This document shows, piece by piece, positions 43,735 through 54,226 of a stretch of DNA of 64,000 bases. The DNA lies in contig OZ242311.1 of assembly GCA_965207885.1 (NCBI GenBank), positions 5,568,001 through 5,632,000 of the forward strand, written 5' to 3'. The notes beneath the pieces are model-generated. The model was given only the letters and a program-made list of their open reading frames with translations. It searched no databases and had not been told where the DNA came from. Position 1 is the stretch's first letter. Each line of letters starts with the position of its first letter. The position numbers and the translations under genes are program-made. This stretch comes from Candidatus Latescibacterota bacterium. GTDB lineage: Bacteria; Latescibacterota; UBA2968.

Positions 43735-46041
43735 ATGGCGATCAAAAAAGAAGACTATTTGGGAATTGAAAATTACAAAGTAGTGGGCACGCGACCCATT
43801 CGGCATGATGGAACGGATAAAGTAACGGGCCGCGCGGTATATGGTCCAGACTTTCACTTAACCGGATCGCTATACGGCAAAACACTGCGAAGCCCTCATG
43901 GACATGCGCGGATCAAATCCATCGACACCAGCAAAGCCGAAGCACTCCCCGGAGTAAAAGCCATAGTACTCGGAAAAGACCTCGTCCAAAATTACGAAGA
44001 CAAAGTCTCCGACCTCGGTGAGGGATCGGTCGATCTGCGATTCTTAATTGCCAATGTACTCGCCGGAGACAAAGTCCTCTACGACGGACACGCCATCGCA
44101 GCCGTAGCAGCCACCTCTGCACACATCGCAGAAGAGGCATTAAACCTGATCGACGTAGAATACGAAATACTCGAACCCGTACTCGAAGTCCGCCACGCAA
44201 TGGAAAACGACGCACCGCTATTGCACGACGATCTGAAAATGAAATCCCTCGGCGAAGAAACAGACCAGGCGAGCAACATCGCAAACCACTTCCAGCACAA
44301 ACAGGGAGATATAGAAAAGGGATTTGAAGAAGCGGACGTAGTCATAGAGCGGGAATTTGCAACCGGAACAGTACACCAGGGATACATCGAACCCCACAAC
44401 GTAACCGCGCACTGGAGCGAAAACGGAAAGCTCACAATATGGTGCAGTACGCAGGGACCATTTGAAGTGCGGGGCCAGGTCGCCGACGTACTCGGCCTCG
44501 AAGTGGGTGACATACGCGTAATCCCGCAGGAAATTGGAGGTGGATTTGGCGGAAAATTCCGCGTCTATGAAGAACCGACCGCAGCCCTGCTGGCCCAAAA
44601 AACCGGAAAACCCGTCAAAATGGTCATGTCCCGCACAGAAGTATTAAAAGCCACCGGACCAACGCCCGCATCCTACATCAAAGTCAAAATGGGCGCAACG
44701 CGGGACGGCCTGCTAACAGCGGCACAAGCCTACATGGCGTATGAAGCCGGAGCCTATCCCGGCTCTGCCGTAGGCGCTGGTGCGGGATGCATTTTCTCGC
44801 CCTACAGCATCCCAAACTCGCTCATCGACGGCTACGACGTCGTCGTAAACAAACCCCAATCGTCCGCCTACCGTGCACCCGGCGCGACCAATGCGGCATT
44901 TGCATCTGAAACAGTAATAGACGAAATATGCGAACAGATCGGAATGGACCCGCTCGAATTTCGATTGAAAAACGCGTCCAAAGAAGGCACGCGACGGGCA
45001 GATGGACCGGTCTTCTTGCGGATTGGTCAGGAAGAAGTCGTAAAAGCGGCCATGGCGCATCCACACTACAGCGCCCCCCTTGAAGGACCGAATCGGGGAC
45101 GCGGCGTCGCCGCTGGATTCTGGTTCAACGGCGGAGGCACATCAACAGTGGTCGCCAGTGTAAACCCGGACGGCACAGTAGCACTCGTCGAAGGCTCCCC
45201 CGATATTGGAGGAACGCGCACCTCAGTCGCCATACAATTTGCCGAAGTCCTGAACCTTCCCATCGAAGACATCAAGCCAAATGTCACGGACACCGACGCA
45301 ATCGGACAAACCGATGGAACGGGCGGAAGCCGCGTGACATTTGCAACCGGCTGGGCGAGCTATGAAGCCGCGCAAGACGTAAAGCGACAAATGATCGAAC
45401 GCGCGGCGACATTATGGGAAATATCAAAAGACGACATCGTCTTTGAAGACGGATCGTTCCGCTCCAAATCGGACGCATCCAAAACAATGACATTCAAAGA
45501 ACTCGCCGGTAATGTCAATCGCGCGGGTGGTCCCGTCGTAGGACGCGCTGCCATAAGCGGCAAGCAAGCCGGCCCGGCATTCGCCCTCTTAATCGTAGAT
45601 GTCGAAGTAGATCCTGACACGGGCAAAGTAGATATCTTGCGAGCGACCATTGTTCAGGACGCTGGCAAAGCCATTTATCCCGGCTATGTAGAAGGGCAGA
45701 TGCAGGGCGGCGTAGTACAGGGAATCGGATGGGCATTGAACGAGGAATTCGTGTACAACGACCAGGGCGTAATGGTCAACGCCTCTTTCCTGGATTATCG
45801 GATGCCCACAACACTCGACCTCCCCATGATAGAAACCGTCATCGTAGAAGTGCCCAACCCGGGCCATCCTTATGGCGTGCGGGGCGTGGGCGAAGTGCCC
45901 ATTGTCCCACCCCCAGCCGCAGTTGCCAACGCGATTTACCGCGCTGTTGGCATACGGCTAAACGAGCTGCCGATGTCGCCATCGCGAGTCCTGAAAGCAC
46001 TGTGGGAATCAGATGGCAGCCATGGCCAGGCGGCGGATTGA
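43735..46041 (+). CDS. xanthine dehydrogenase family molybdopterin-binding subunit
   Basis: KVTGRA.Y, LRSPH.HARI, IGGGFGGK, AYRAPG, GQ.QGG..QGIG.AL.E, GVGE. Confidence 0.92.
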   Translation: MAIKKEDYLGIENYKVVGTRPIRHDGTDKVTGRAVYGPDFHLTGSLYGKTLRSPHGHARIKSIDTSKAEALPGVKAIVLGKDLVQNYEDKVSDLGEGSVDLRFLIANVLAGDKVLYDGHAIAAVAATSAHIAEEALNLIDVEYEILEPVLEVRHAMENDAPLLHDDLKMKSLGEETDQASNIANHFQHKQGDIEKGFEEADVVIEREFATGTVHQGYIEPHNVTAHWSENGKLTIWCSTQGPFEVRGQVADVLGLEVGDIRVIPQEIGGGFGGKFRVYEEPTAALLAQKTGKPVKMVMSRTEVLKATGPTPASYIKVKMGATRDGLLTAAQAYMAYEAGAYPGSAVGAGAGCIFSPYSIPNSLIDGYDVVVNKPQSSAYRAPGATNAAFASETVIDEICEQIGMDPLEFRLKNASKEGTRRADGPVFLRIGQEEVVKAAMAHPHYSAPLEGPNRGRGVAAGFWFNGGGTSTVVASVNPDGTVALVEGSPDIGGTRTSVAIQFAEVLNLPIEDIKPNVTDTDAIGQTDGTGGSRVTFATGWASYEAAQDVKRQMIERAATLWEISKDDIVFEDGSFRSKSDASKTMTFKELAGNVNRAGGPVVGRAAISGKQAGPAFALLIVDVEVDPDTGKVDILRATIVQDAGKAIYPGYVEGQMQGGVVQGIGWALNEEFVYNDQGVMVNASFLDYRMPTTLDLPMIETVIVEVPNPGHPYGVRGVGEVPIVPPPAAVANAIYRAVGIRLNELPMSPSRVLKALWESDGSHGQAAD

Positions 46042-46058
46042 GCAGATAGGAGAACACA

Positions 46059-46433
46059 ATGGACTGGTTTTCGCAATACGGATTTCTCGGTGCCCTGCTC
46101 CTCTCGGGCATCGTTCTCGGTGCAATCCCCGTCGTACTGCCCTTAATCATATCCCCTCGCGCGCGCGGTCGCAAAAGCCGCGAGACCTACGAATGCGGCA
46201 TGGACACAATCGGCAGCGCCTGGGTGCGCTTCGATATTGCCTATTACCTATTTGCACTCATCTTTGTCGCATTTGAAGTCGATGTACTGTATATTCTTCC
46301 CATCGCCGTAATCTACGATTCGGGTACCTACGCCTGGCGCGACTTCATCGAACTCACAATCTTCGTCGGCATTCTTTTTCTCGCCATCATCTACGCCTGG
46401 AGCAAAGGCGTTTTGCACTGGAGAAGTCGATAA
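46059..46433 (+). CDS. nuoA: complex I subunit A
   Basis: [21 protein letters not shown]. Confidence 0.92.
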   Translation: MDWFSQYGFLGALLLSGIVLGAIPVVLPLIISPRARGRKSRETYECGMDTIGSAWVRFDIAYYLFALIFVAFEVDVLYILPIAVIYDSGTYAWRDFIELTIFVGILFLAIIYAWSKGVLHWRSR

Positions 46434-46966
46434 TGGCACAAATAGAACTCCCTCTCGTGAAAAGCGATCCCAAAGACATTGAAGAACTGCGTGAAGAGGT
46501 CGGTCCTCTGGTACACATGGACCTGCTGGAAAACCTGCTCAATCACGCCCGGTCTCGATCCCTGTGGCCCCTCACATTCGGCCTGGCCTGTTGCGCCATC
46601 GAAATGATGGCCGCAGGCGCAGCGCGCTTTGACCTCGACCGCATTGGCGCGGGCGTCTTTCGCCCGAGTGCGCGACAAGCCGATGTCATGATTCTCGCAG
46701 GCACAATCTCCCGCAAAATGGCACCAGCCATCAAAACGCTCTGGGATCAGATGCCCTCGCCCAAATGGGCCATAGCCATGGGGGGTTGCACCATCGACGG
46801 CGGCCCCTTTAAGTATCCCGGACAATATGCCATTGTCGAAGGCGCAGACAAAATTGTGCCCGTTGATGTGTACGTACCGGGCTGCCCCCCGCGCCCCGAA
46901 GCGCTCTTCGCCGCACTGTTCAAACTCGAAGAAAAAATCCGAGCCGGAAAGAAATTCAATAAATGA
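46433..46966 (+). CDS. nuoB: complex I subunit B
   Basis: [33 protein letters not shown]. Confidence 0.95.
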   Translation: MAQIELPLVKSDPKDIEELREEVGPLVHMDLLENLLNHARSRSLWPLTFGLACCAIEMMAAGAARFDLDRIGAGVFRPSARQADVMILAGTISRKMAPAIKTLWDQMPSPKWAIAMGGCTIDGGPFKYPGQYAIVEGADKIVPVDVYVPGCPPRPEALFAALFKLEEKIRAGKKFNK

Positions 46967-47424
46967 TCGCCGACAAACTCTCTACGCTCGTGATCGACGC
47001 GACCGAGGTCACATACGACGCGCATGGTTTTCATGTACAACACACCGCTTCAGCCGACACGCTCCCTCAGATCGCAGATGCCTTCCTGTCCGAAAATTTT
47101 CACCTCGAAATGATAACCTGTCAGGATCGACGTGAAAACGACAATACTTTTCGTCTGATTTACCAGTTTAACCAATACGGCATTCCCCAACGGCATATCA
47201 TCCACGCCGACATAGCACCCGATACAGCCGCACCCAGTATTGCCACAACCTTTCCCGCTGCCGACTGGTACGAACGCGAAATTTTCGACATGTATGGCGT
47301 CAGCTTTGAAGGCCATCCCGATTTGAAACGCATCTTAATGGAAGAAGACTATTTTGGTCATCCCCTGCTCAAAGACTTCGTCGATCCCCCCAATCCCTAT
47401 CGCAGTGAGGACGACGCGTCATGA
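46963..47424 (+). CDS. nuoC: complex I subunit C
   Basis: [31 protein letters not shown]. Confidence 0.92.
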   Translation: MIADKLSTLVIDATEVTYDAHGFHVQHTASADTLPQIADAFLSENFHLEMITCQDRRENDNTFRLIYQFNQYGIPQRHIIHADIAPDTAAPSIATTFPAADWYEREIFDMYGVSFEGHPDLKRILMEEDYFGHPLLKDFVDPPNPYRSEDDAS

Positions 47425-48548
47425 ATCGATTTGAGGTCGAACAAGACCCAAAAAGTCGAGACACCTATTATCTCAACATGGGGCCTCAGCATCCCTCTAC
47501 CCACGGCGTCATGCGGATCAAACTGCACCTGGATGGCGAACGGATAATTTCAGCAGAACCCATCATCGGATATGGGCATCGCGCACACGAAAAAATGGCC
47601 GAAAACCGCGACTACATCCAGTTTTTGCCCAACCCCAGTCGCGTAGATTACCTCGGCGGCATGATCTACAACATAGGCTACTGCCAGGCCGTAGAGCGCG
47701 CGATGGACATCGAAGTGCCAGAACGCGCCGAATACATCCGCATCATCTGCAATGAGCTCAACCGCATCTCCAGCCACCTGCTCTGGCTGGGCACCTTTTT
47801 GATGGATCTGGGTGCATTTACCCCATTTCTCTACGCCTTTGACGACCGCGAAAAAATCCTCGACATCCTGGACCGCATCACCGGATCGCGCCTCACCTAT
47901 TGTTACGCGCGATTTGGCGGCGTCATTCTCGACATCGACGATATATTCCTCGACAACGTCTCCAACTTTTGCACCTACTTTGTCGAACGCTTAAAAGAAT
48001 ACGAAAGACTCGTCATCGGCAACGTCATCTTCCGCGAACGCACCATCGGCGTCGGCATCTTCGCGCCCGACCTCGTTCAAAAATACGCCATAACAGGTCC
48101 CTGCCTGCGCGCCATGGGCCACGAACACGATGTCCGCAAAGACGAACCTTACGGCATCTACGACCGCTTTGACTTTGACGTACCCACACAAACAGAAGGC
48201 GACTGCTTTGCCCGCACACTCGTTCGCGTGGAAGAAATGCGCCAGAGCATTCGCATCATCGAACAAGCCGTAAGCGACACGCCCGACGGTCTCTTTCTCG
48301 CAGCCCGGGTGCCCAGACGCATCCGCCCGCCCGAAGGCGACTATTACTTCTGTGTTGAATCACCCCGTGGCAACTTTGGCATGTACATCGCAAGCGACGG
48401 CAGCGACATTCCCTTTCGCCTCAAATTGCGAACCCCATCGTTCTCACACATCTCGACCATGCCCGCCGTCATGGCCGGCACCATGCTCGCAGATGCCGTG
48501 GCAATCCTCGGTAGCATCGACATTGTCGTTCCCGAAATAGACAGATAA
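47421..48548 (+). CDS. nuoD: complex I subunit D
   Basis: [31 protein letters not shown]; no NiFe CxxC. Confidence 0.95.
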   Translation: MNRFEVEQDPKSRDTYYLNMGPQHPSTHGVMRIKLHLDGERIISAEPIIGYGHRAHEKMAENRDYIQFLPNPSRVDYLGGMIYNIGYCQAVERAMDIEVPERAEYIRIICNELNRISSHLLWLGTFLMDLGAFTPFLYAFDDREKILDILDRITGSRLTYCYARFGGVILDIDDIFLDNVSNFCTYFVERLKEYERLVIGNVIFRERTIGVGIFAPDLVQKYAITGPCLRAMGHEHDVRKDEPYGIYDRFDFDVPTQTEGDCFARTLVRVEEMRQSIRIIEQAVSDTPDGLFLAARVPRRIRPPEGDYYFCVESPRGNFGMYIASDGSDIPFRLKLRTPSFSHISTMPAVMAGTMLADAVAILGSIDIVVPEIDR

Positions 48549-48555
48549 CGCACTT

Positions 48556-49530
48556 ATGAAAACAGACGTCATCCAACTCTTTGAAAACCCCTATCTCGCG
48601 CTCGGTGTAACCATTGCCGTCATCATGGCCTATTTGAGCGTCAACGCCATCATGTTGATCTGGCTCGAACGCAAACTCAGCGCGCGCATACAGCGCCGCA
48701 TTGGCCCGCAACGCGGACCCTTTGGCCTGATGCAGCAAATTTTTGACATGGGCAAATTGCTCAGCAAAGAACTCCTCACACCCGAACACGCCAACAAACT
48801 GCTCTATGTCATTGCGCCCATCCTGGTCTTTGCACCCGTGGTCGCCCTCTCGTCCCTCTTTCCCATAACGAGCACCTACATATTCCACGACTTCAACATC
48901 GCCATTGTCCTGATCCTCGCCATCAGCGGCATCAACGTAATCGGCATATTCTTAGCAGGCTGGGGATCCAATAACAAATACGCCCTGCTCGGTGCCGTGC
49001 GCTCAGTCGCGCAAAATATCTCCTACGAAATCCCCCTCATCCTATCGGTCATCCCCATCGTCATGATAACCCGCACCATGTCGCTCTACGACATCACCCT
49101 CGCACAGGAAACCTATCCCTTTATACTGGTACAGCCCATTGCCCTGATCATCTTTATCATATCAGCCACAGCCGAAACCAATCGCGCCCCCTTCGACATC
49201 CCCGAAGCGGAATCCGAACTCGTCGCCGGATTCCACACCGAATATTCCGGCATGCGCTTTGGGCTATTCTTCTTTGCCGAATACTCCAACATGATCTTTG
49301 CATGCGCATTGGCAACCGTGCTCTTCCTGGGGGGATGGCGCGGGCCTCTCTTGCCAGACGCCGTATGGTTCTTCATCAAAGTCTATGCACTCATCGTCCT
49401 CATGATGTGGTTCCGCTGGACTTTTCCACGGCTCCGTTTTGACCAACTCATGAAATTCGCCTGGGTGGTACTCGTCCCCCTCTCGCTGATCAACCTGCTA
49501 ATCACAACACTCATCTTGAAAATCGTATAG
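48556..49530 (+). CDS. nuoH: complex I subunit H
   Basis: ERK..ARIQ.R.GP, SNNKYALLG, AETNRAPFDIPEAESELVAG, PRLRFDQLM. Confidence 0.95.
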   Translation: MKTDVIQLFENPYLALGVTIAVIMAYLSVNAIMLIWLERKLSARIQRRIGPQRGPFGLMQQIFDMGKLLSKELLTPEHANKLLYVIAPILVFAPVVALSSLFPITSTYIFHDFNIAIVLILAISGINVIGIFLAGWGSNNKYALLGAVRSVAQNISYEIPLILSVIPIVMITRTMSLYDITLAQETYPFILVQPIALIIFIISATAETNRAPFDIPEAESELVAGFHTEYSGMRFGLFFFAEYSNMIFACALATVLFLGGWRGPLLPDAVWFFIKVYALIVLMMWFRWTFPRLRFDQLMKFAWVVLVPLSLINLLITTLILKIV

Positions 49531-49555
49531 AACTTTCAGCTCACAGGAAAATCCC

Positions 49556-50095
49556 ATGGCACTTATCAAAGAAATCCTCGACGGCACCAAAACGCTCCTG
49601 ACCGGCATGAAAGTCACACTGGACAACTTTCGCAAACCGCCCGTCACCTCGCAATATCCAATGGAAAAAATCGAGATGTCGGAAGCGTTTCGCAATGTCA
49701 TCGTCCTCATCGAAAAAGAAGACATCGGCTCGCACGACTGCATCGACTGCAAACTCTGTGAGCGCGTGTGTCCCTCCTTCTGCATTTACCTCGACGGGGA
49801 ACGCCCCGAAGGTTTAAGGCGCAAACGCTCGACCAAATTTGAAGTCGATTTTGCCCTTTGCAGCGACTGCGGACTGTGCTTAGACGTATGCCCCACAGAC
49901 ACCCTGGGATACAGCAAAGTCCACGACGAAGCCGGATACAATCGCAGCGACTTTCTCTACGACTTACTCGAACCCTGGGCAGACAAAGAAGAAGCCGCGC
50001 GCGAACGCCTGAAAGAAATCGAAGCCGAACAAGCAGCAGAACGCGCCAAAAAAACCGCAGCAAGAAAAGCGAAAAAGGTGAGACGGAAGAAGTAA
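49556..50095 (+). CDS. nuoI: complex I subunit I
   Basis: T.QYP; two CxxCxxCxxxCP motifs. Confidence 0.9.
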   Translation: MALIKEILDGTKTLLTGMKVTLDNFRKPPVTSQYPMEKIEMSEAFRNVIVLIEKEDIGSHDCIDCKLCERVCPSFCIYLDGERPEGLRRKRSTKFEVDFALCSDCGLCLDVCPTDTLGYSKVHDEAGYNRSDFLYDLLEPWADKEEAARERLKEIEAEQAAERAKKTAARKAKKVRRKK

Positions 50096-50108
50096 ACGGA
50101 GAACAACA

Positions 50109-50621
50109 ATGCTCGAGCAGGCTGTCATCTACACATTTGTAGCCCTCGTCCTCATCGGTGGAGGCCTGGCGGCATTTTCTCGCCAGATACTCTACGCCAT
50201 TATCGGCCTGGGCATCAGTCTCTTAGGGCTGGCGGGACTATTTCTCAACCTCGGCAGTCCATTTGTCGCGGCAATGCAAGTACTCATCTACATTGGCGGC
50301 ATAACCGTTGCCATTGTATTTGCCATGATGCTCTCAATAGCCATGTCCATTCGCCCGCCCGATCCCGACAACCGAAAACTCGGCTTCGCCATTGCCTGTG
50401 CCGTCATCTTTTTTGGCGCAGTCGCCCATCTAATCCGCGGCGCGCAATTCCAACAAATCGCGCCCCAGACATCTGAAAAAGCCTGGTCTGTGGGCGCATT
50501 GGGCCATGCATTGCTCACGCATTACAACGTCGTCTTTGAAACCCTCTCCCTCGTTTTGCTCCTGGCCATCATCGGTGCCATCTTGATCGCTCGCAAGGCT
50601 TTGCCAAAGGAAAATTCGTGA
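50109..50621 (+). CDS. nuoJ: complex I subunit J
   Basis: QVLIYIGGI, FE..S..LL.AIIGA. Confidence 0.9.
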   Translation: MLEQAVIYTFVALVLIGGGLAAFSRQILYAIIGLGISLLGLAGLFLNLGSPFVAAMQVLIYIGGITVAIVFAMMLSIAMSIRPPDPDNRKLGFAIACAVIFFGAVAHLIRGAQFQQIAPQTSEKAWSVGALGHALLTHYNVVFETLSLVLLLAIIGAILIARKALPKENS

Positions 50622-50923
50622 CCCTCGAATTTTATCTTCTCGTGGGCGCTGCCCTGTTTTCTCTCGGTTTGATCGGCGCACTATCCCACCGCAACCTCAT
50701 AGCCCTGCTCATCGGCATCGAACTCATGATGAATGCCGCCAGCTTAAACCTGATGGCCTTTAACCGGTTTGTCGTCACCGATCCAACGACCGGCCAGATC
50801 TTTGTCCTCATCATCATTGGGCTGGCAGCCGCCGAAGTCGCTATCTTTTTATCGATCATCCTGCGCATCTATCGGGCGTATCACGAGATAGATGCGGAAA
50901 AACTCACCAAACTGAGCGGTTGA
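50618..50923 (+). CDS. nuoK: complex I subunit K
   Basis: IELMMNAA, GQIF, AAAEVAI. Confidence 0.92.
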   Translation: MTLEFYLLVGAALFSLGLIGALSHRNLIALLIGIELMMNAASLNLMAFNRFVVTDPTTGQIFVLIIIGLAAAEVAIFLSIILRIYRAYHEIDAEKLTKLSG

Positions 50924-52746
50924 TGGACACTCTCTCACTCATACTTTTAACCACAATCTCCCCTCTGGCGTGTTTTGCCATCGCCATCATCTTTCTCATA
51001 CAACAACCCAAAGCCGCTCAGGGATTGGTCCTATTCGGCAGCGCGGTATCCCTCTTGAGTGCCATTGGCCTTCTCGTACAGGGACCTGTTGAACCCCTGC
51101 GATTTTTGTGGTTTCAAAGCGGTGCAATACAACTCCAATTTGGCTTCATCCTCGACGGTCCAAGCCTCCTGTTTGGCGTCGTCGTCGCCTTCATCACCGC
51201 CTGCATCATGCTCTATTCAATCGGCTACATGGCGCAAGACCCGGGCAAAACGCGCTATTTCGCAATGCTCAGTTTCTTTGCCTGGTCCATGCTCAGCTTT
51301 GTCTATGCCGTCGATCTCTTGCAATCTTTCATCTTTTGGGAACTCGTCGGCCTGTCTTCGTTCTTCCTCATCGGTTTCTGGTTTGAAAAACCCGAAGCTG
51401 CCGGGGCTGCGCGCAAAGCCTTTCTCATGACCCGCGTGGGCGACGTCGGCCTCTTTATCGGCATTTTGCTCATCCTCCAACTCGTTTCAAACTTCGATAT
51501 CCCCAGCCTCTTAGACCCTCAAACTGGCCTCTCAACACAGATATCGCCCAACCTGCTCAACGCAATCGCGCTACTCATCTTCATCGGCATCATGGGTAAA
51601 AGCGCGCAATTCCCCTTGCACACCTGGCTGCCCGACGCCATGGAAGGCCCCACCCCGGTCAGCGCCCTGTTGCACTCTGCCACCATGGTCGCCGCGGGCG
51701 TCTTTCTCATGATCCGCCTACACCCGCTCTTTATGGCGGCGCAAGACACAGCACTCATCGTCCTGAGCATCGCCACCTTCACCGCAATTCTCGCATCGAC
51801 CATTGCAATGGTCGATACCGACATCAAAAAAGTACTCGCCTATTCGTCCATCAGCCAACTCGGCTTCATGCTCATGGCACTCGCTGCTGGCAGCCTCTTC
51901 GCAGGCGTATTTCACCTGATCACCCACGCCTTCTTCAAAGCCTTGCTCTTCCTCTGCTCGGGCATCTACATCCACGCCTATCACACCAACAGCATGGCCG
52001 AAATTGGTCGCAGTGGAGGCCGCCGCCTCAAAGCAGCGACCCTTGGCCTCCTCATCGGTGGCGCTGCCCTATCGGGCGTTCCCCCACTGGCGGGATTCTG
52101 GAGCAAAGAAGAAATTTTTGCCCAACTGGGTCACAATGGCTTCAACATCTACATGGCCGGTGCATTTCTCGCGGCCTTTCTCACGGCCTATTACACATTC
52201 CGCATGATTTTCCTCATCACAAAACCCGATCAGGCACCTGCCACCGACCACAGCCATCCCGAACCCCTGAACATGAAAGTCCCCGTCTTGCTCCTCACCC
52301 TGGGCGCAATCGCACTCGGCTTTTTTGGCGCCAGCATCGCCGAGGGCCTGGGCCTCACAACACAGCACCACAGCGTCATCTTGATGATACCCACCGTAGG
52401 CGTCGTCATCCTCGGCATCCTGATCGCCTATTTCGACTACGGACGCGACAACGCGCCGCGCACGGGATTCATCAGCAAAATCGCACCACTCAATACCCTG
52501 TTCACAAACAAATGGTACATCGACGAAGTCTATCGCGTCACCATCGTCGCCATCACCCACGCACTATCTCGCATCTTGCACTGGATTGAAAACCACGTCC
52601 TCGACGGAAATTACGACCGCTTTGGCCTCGGCATCTTGCGCACGGGCGCAAAATCAACCCGCGTACAGGGCGGCTGGATGCAACTTTACCTGGGCTGGGC
52701 AATCATCTTATTGGCCGTTGTCGCGCTTTATCTGGGATTGCGATAA
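50923..52746 (+). CDS. nuoL: complex I subunit L
   Basis: WELVGL.S..LIGFW, KSAQFPLHTWLPDAMEGPTPVSALLH, THAFFKALLFL. Confidence 0.95.
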   Translation: MDTLSLILLTTISPLACFAIAIIFLIQQPKAAQGLVLFGSAVSLLSAIGLLVQGPVEPLRFLWFQSGAIQLQFGFILDGPSLLFGVVVAFITACIMLYSIGYMAQDPGKTRYFAMLSFFAWSMLSFVYAVDLLQSFIFWELVGLSSFFLIGFWFEKPEAAGAARKAFLMTRVGDVGLFIGILLILQLVSNFDIPSLLDPQTGLSTQISPNLLNAIALLIFIGIMGKSAQFPLHTWLPDAMEGPTPVSALLHSATMVAAGVFLMIRLHPLFMAAQDTALIVLSIATFTAILASTIAMVDTDIKKVLAYSSISQLGFMLMALAAGSLFAGVFHLITHAFFKALLFLCSGIYIHAYHTNSMAEIGRSGGRRLKAATLGLLIGGAALSGVPPLAGFWSKEEIFAQLGHNGFNIYMAGAFLAAFLTAYYTFRMIFLITKPDQAPATDHSHPEPLNMKVPVLLLTLGAIALGFFGASIAEGLGLTTQHHSVILMIPTVGVVILGILIAYFDYGRDNAPRTGFISKIAPLNTLFTNKWYIDEVYRVTIVAITHALSRILHWIENHVLDGNYDRFGLGILRTGAKSTRVQGGWMQLYLGWAIILLAVVALYLGLR

Positions 52747-52749
52747 AAT

Positions 52750-54225
52750 ATGCCACTTCTCTCATCCATACTTCTCACGCCCGTCATCACGCTCATCATC
52801 CTTTTACTCATGCCCCAAAGGGCCGTGCGGGGTATCCGGCTAATATGCGCCTTCAGTGGCTTATTGACCTGTGTGTTGAGCCTGCAACTCTGGATGAGCT
52901 ATGATCCCACAACCAGCGGTATTCAATTTGAAGAAATAATCCCCTGGGTCGCAGCCATTGGCATCTCCTATCACCTCGGCGTTGACGGATTTGGCGTCAT
53001 CCTCGTCATGCTCAACGCCATCGTCTATTTCACCGGGGTACTCACCATGTGGGACCTCGAAGAGCGCGTCAAAGAATATTTCGCCTTCATGGTACTCCTC
53101 GTCATCGGCGTCTTCGGCGTCTTCATGTCGCTGGATCTCTTCTTCTTTTTCTTCTTTTACGAAATCGCTGTCGTCCCCATGTATCCCCTCATCCTGATAT
53201 GGGGCAGCGGCAACAGAGCTTATGCCGGCATGAAACTCATGCTCTTCCTCCTCGCCGGCAGCGCGCTCCTCTTTCCCGGCCTACTCGCCATCTATCACCA
53301 CGCGGGCCTCAACACCTTTGACATCATTGCCCTGTCCGCACACACATTCGATCCCCAATTCCAAATATTTGTCTATCCCTTTATCTACGTCGGCTTTGGC
53401 GTCTTGGCCGGCCTGTTCCCCTTCCACGGCTGGTCGCCCACAGGCCACGTTGCCGCGCCATCTGCTGTTTCCATGCTACACGCGGGCGTCCTGATGAAAC
53501 TCGGCGCATTTGGCATACTCACAGTCGGCATTCGCCTGCTACCCGAAGGCGCTGCGTACTGGGCACCGACCTTTGTGGTATTGGCCGTCATCGGAATCAT
53601 CTACGGAGCTTATGTCGCCATGCGACAGACCGACTTCAAATTTGTCATCGGCTTCTCATCTGTATCTCACATGGGCATTGTCCTCCTCGGCCTCAACCTC
53701 GCAATCCTCGGCCAGGTCGCTGCAACCGACGCCCTCAACGGCGCAGTCTTCCAGATGTTTGCCCACGGCATCATGACCGCCCTGTTTTTCAGCACCGCGG
53801 GATATATCTACGACAAATCCCACTCAAAAACCATTGGCGACTTTGGCGGTCTTGGCGTGCAGATGCCCCGCGCAGTCTCCATCTTCATCGTCGCGGGCCT
53901 GTGTGGTGCCGGTTTGCCCGGCCTGGCGAGCTTTTGGGCTGAATTACTCGTCTTCCTCGCCGCTTTGAAAACGTACCCCATCGCCGGCGTCATCGTCATC
54001 CTCGGTCTCGTACTCACCGCGGTTTACATCTTGCGCGTCTTCAACCTGGCCTTTTTTGGCGCACCAAATCCGAAATGGGAAAATCTGAAAGCACAGGACA
54101 TGTCTGGCCTGCACCTGATACCGCGCGCCATACTAATCGCCGTACTCGTGATCTTCGGCTTTGTACCCCGCCTCATGCTCGACCTGATCAACAGCACGAC
54201 CATAGCTTTCTTGGGTAATTTCTAA
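52750..54225 (+). CDS. nuoM: complex I subunit M
   Basis: LGVDG, FFYE, PFHGW, LMKLG, SSVSHMG, GLPG..F..E. Confidence 0.93.
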   Translation: MPLLSSILLTPVITLIILLLMPQRAVRGIRLICAFSGLLTCVLSLQLWMSYDPTTSGIQFEEIIPWVAAIGISYHLGVDGFGVILVMLNAIVYFTGVLTMWDLEERVKEYFAFMVLLVIGVFGVFMSLDLFFFFFFYEIAVVPMYPLILIWGSGNRAYAGMKLMLFLLAGSALLFPGLLAIYHHAGLNTFDIIALSAHTFDPQFQIFVYPFIYVGFGVLAGLFPFHGWSPTGHVAAPSAVSMLHAGVLMKLGAFGILTVGIRLLPEGAAYWAPTFVVLAVIGIIYGAYVAMRQTDFKFVIGFSSVSHMGIVLLGLNLAILGQVAATDALNGAVFQMFAHGIMTALFFSTAGYIYDKSHSKTIGDFGGLGVQMPRAVSIFIVAGLCGAGLPGLASFWAELLVFLAALKTYPIAGVIVILGLVLTAVYILRVFNLAFFGAPNPKWENLKAQDMSGLHLIPRAILIAVLVIFGFVPRLMLDLINSTTIAFLGNF

Positions 54226-54226
54226 C

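Noticed and set aside
43735-46041. Aerobic CO dehydrogenase CoxL
   Set aside because: Loop is AYRAPG, not AYxCSFR or AYRGAGR
46433-48548. Group 4 NiFe hydrogenase
   Set aside because: NuoD lacks CxxC ligands and keeps quinone-site His and Tyr
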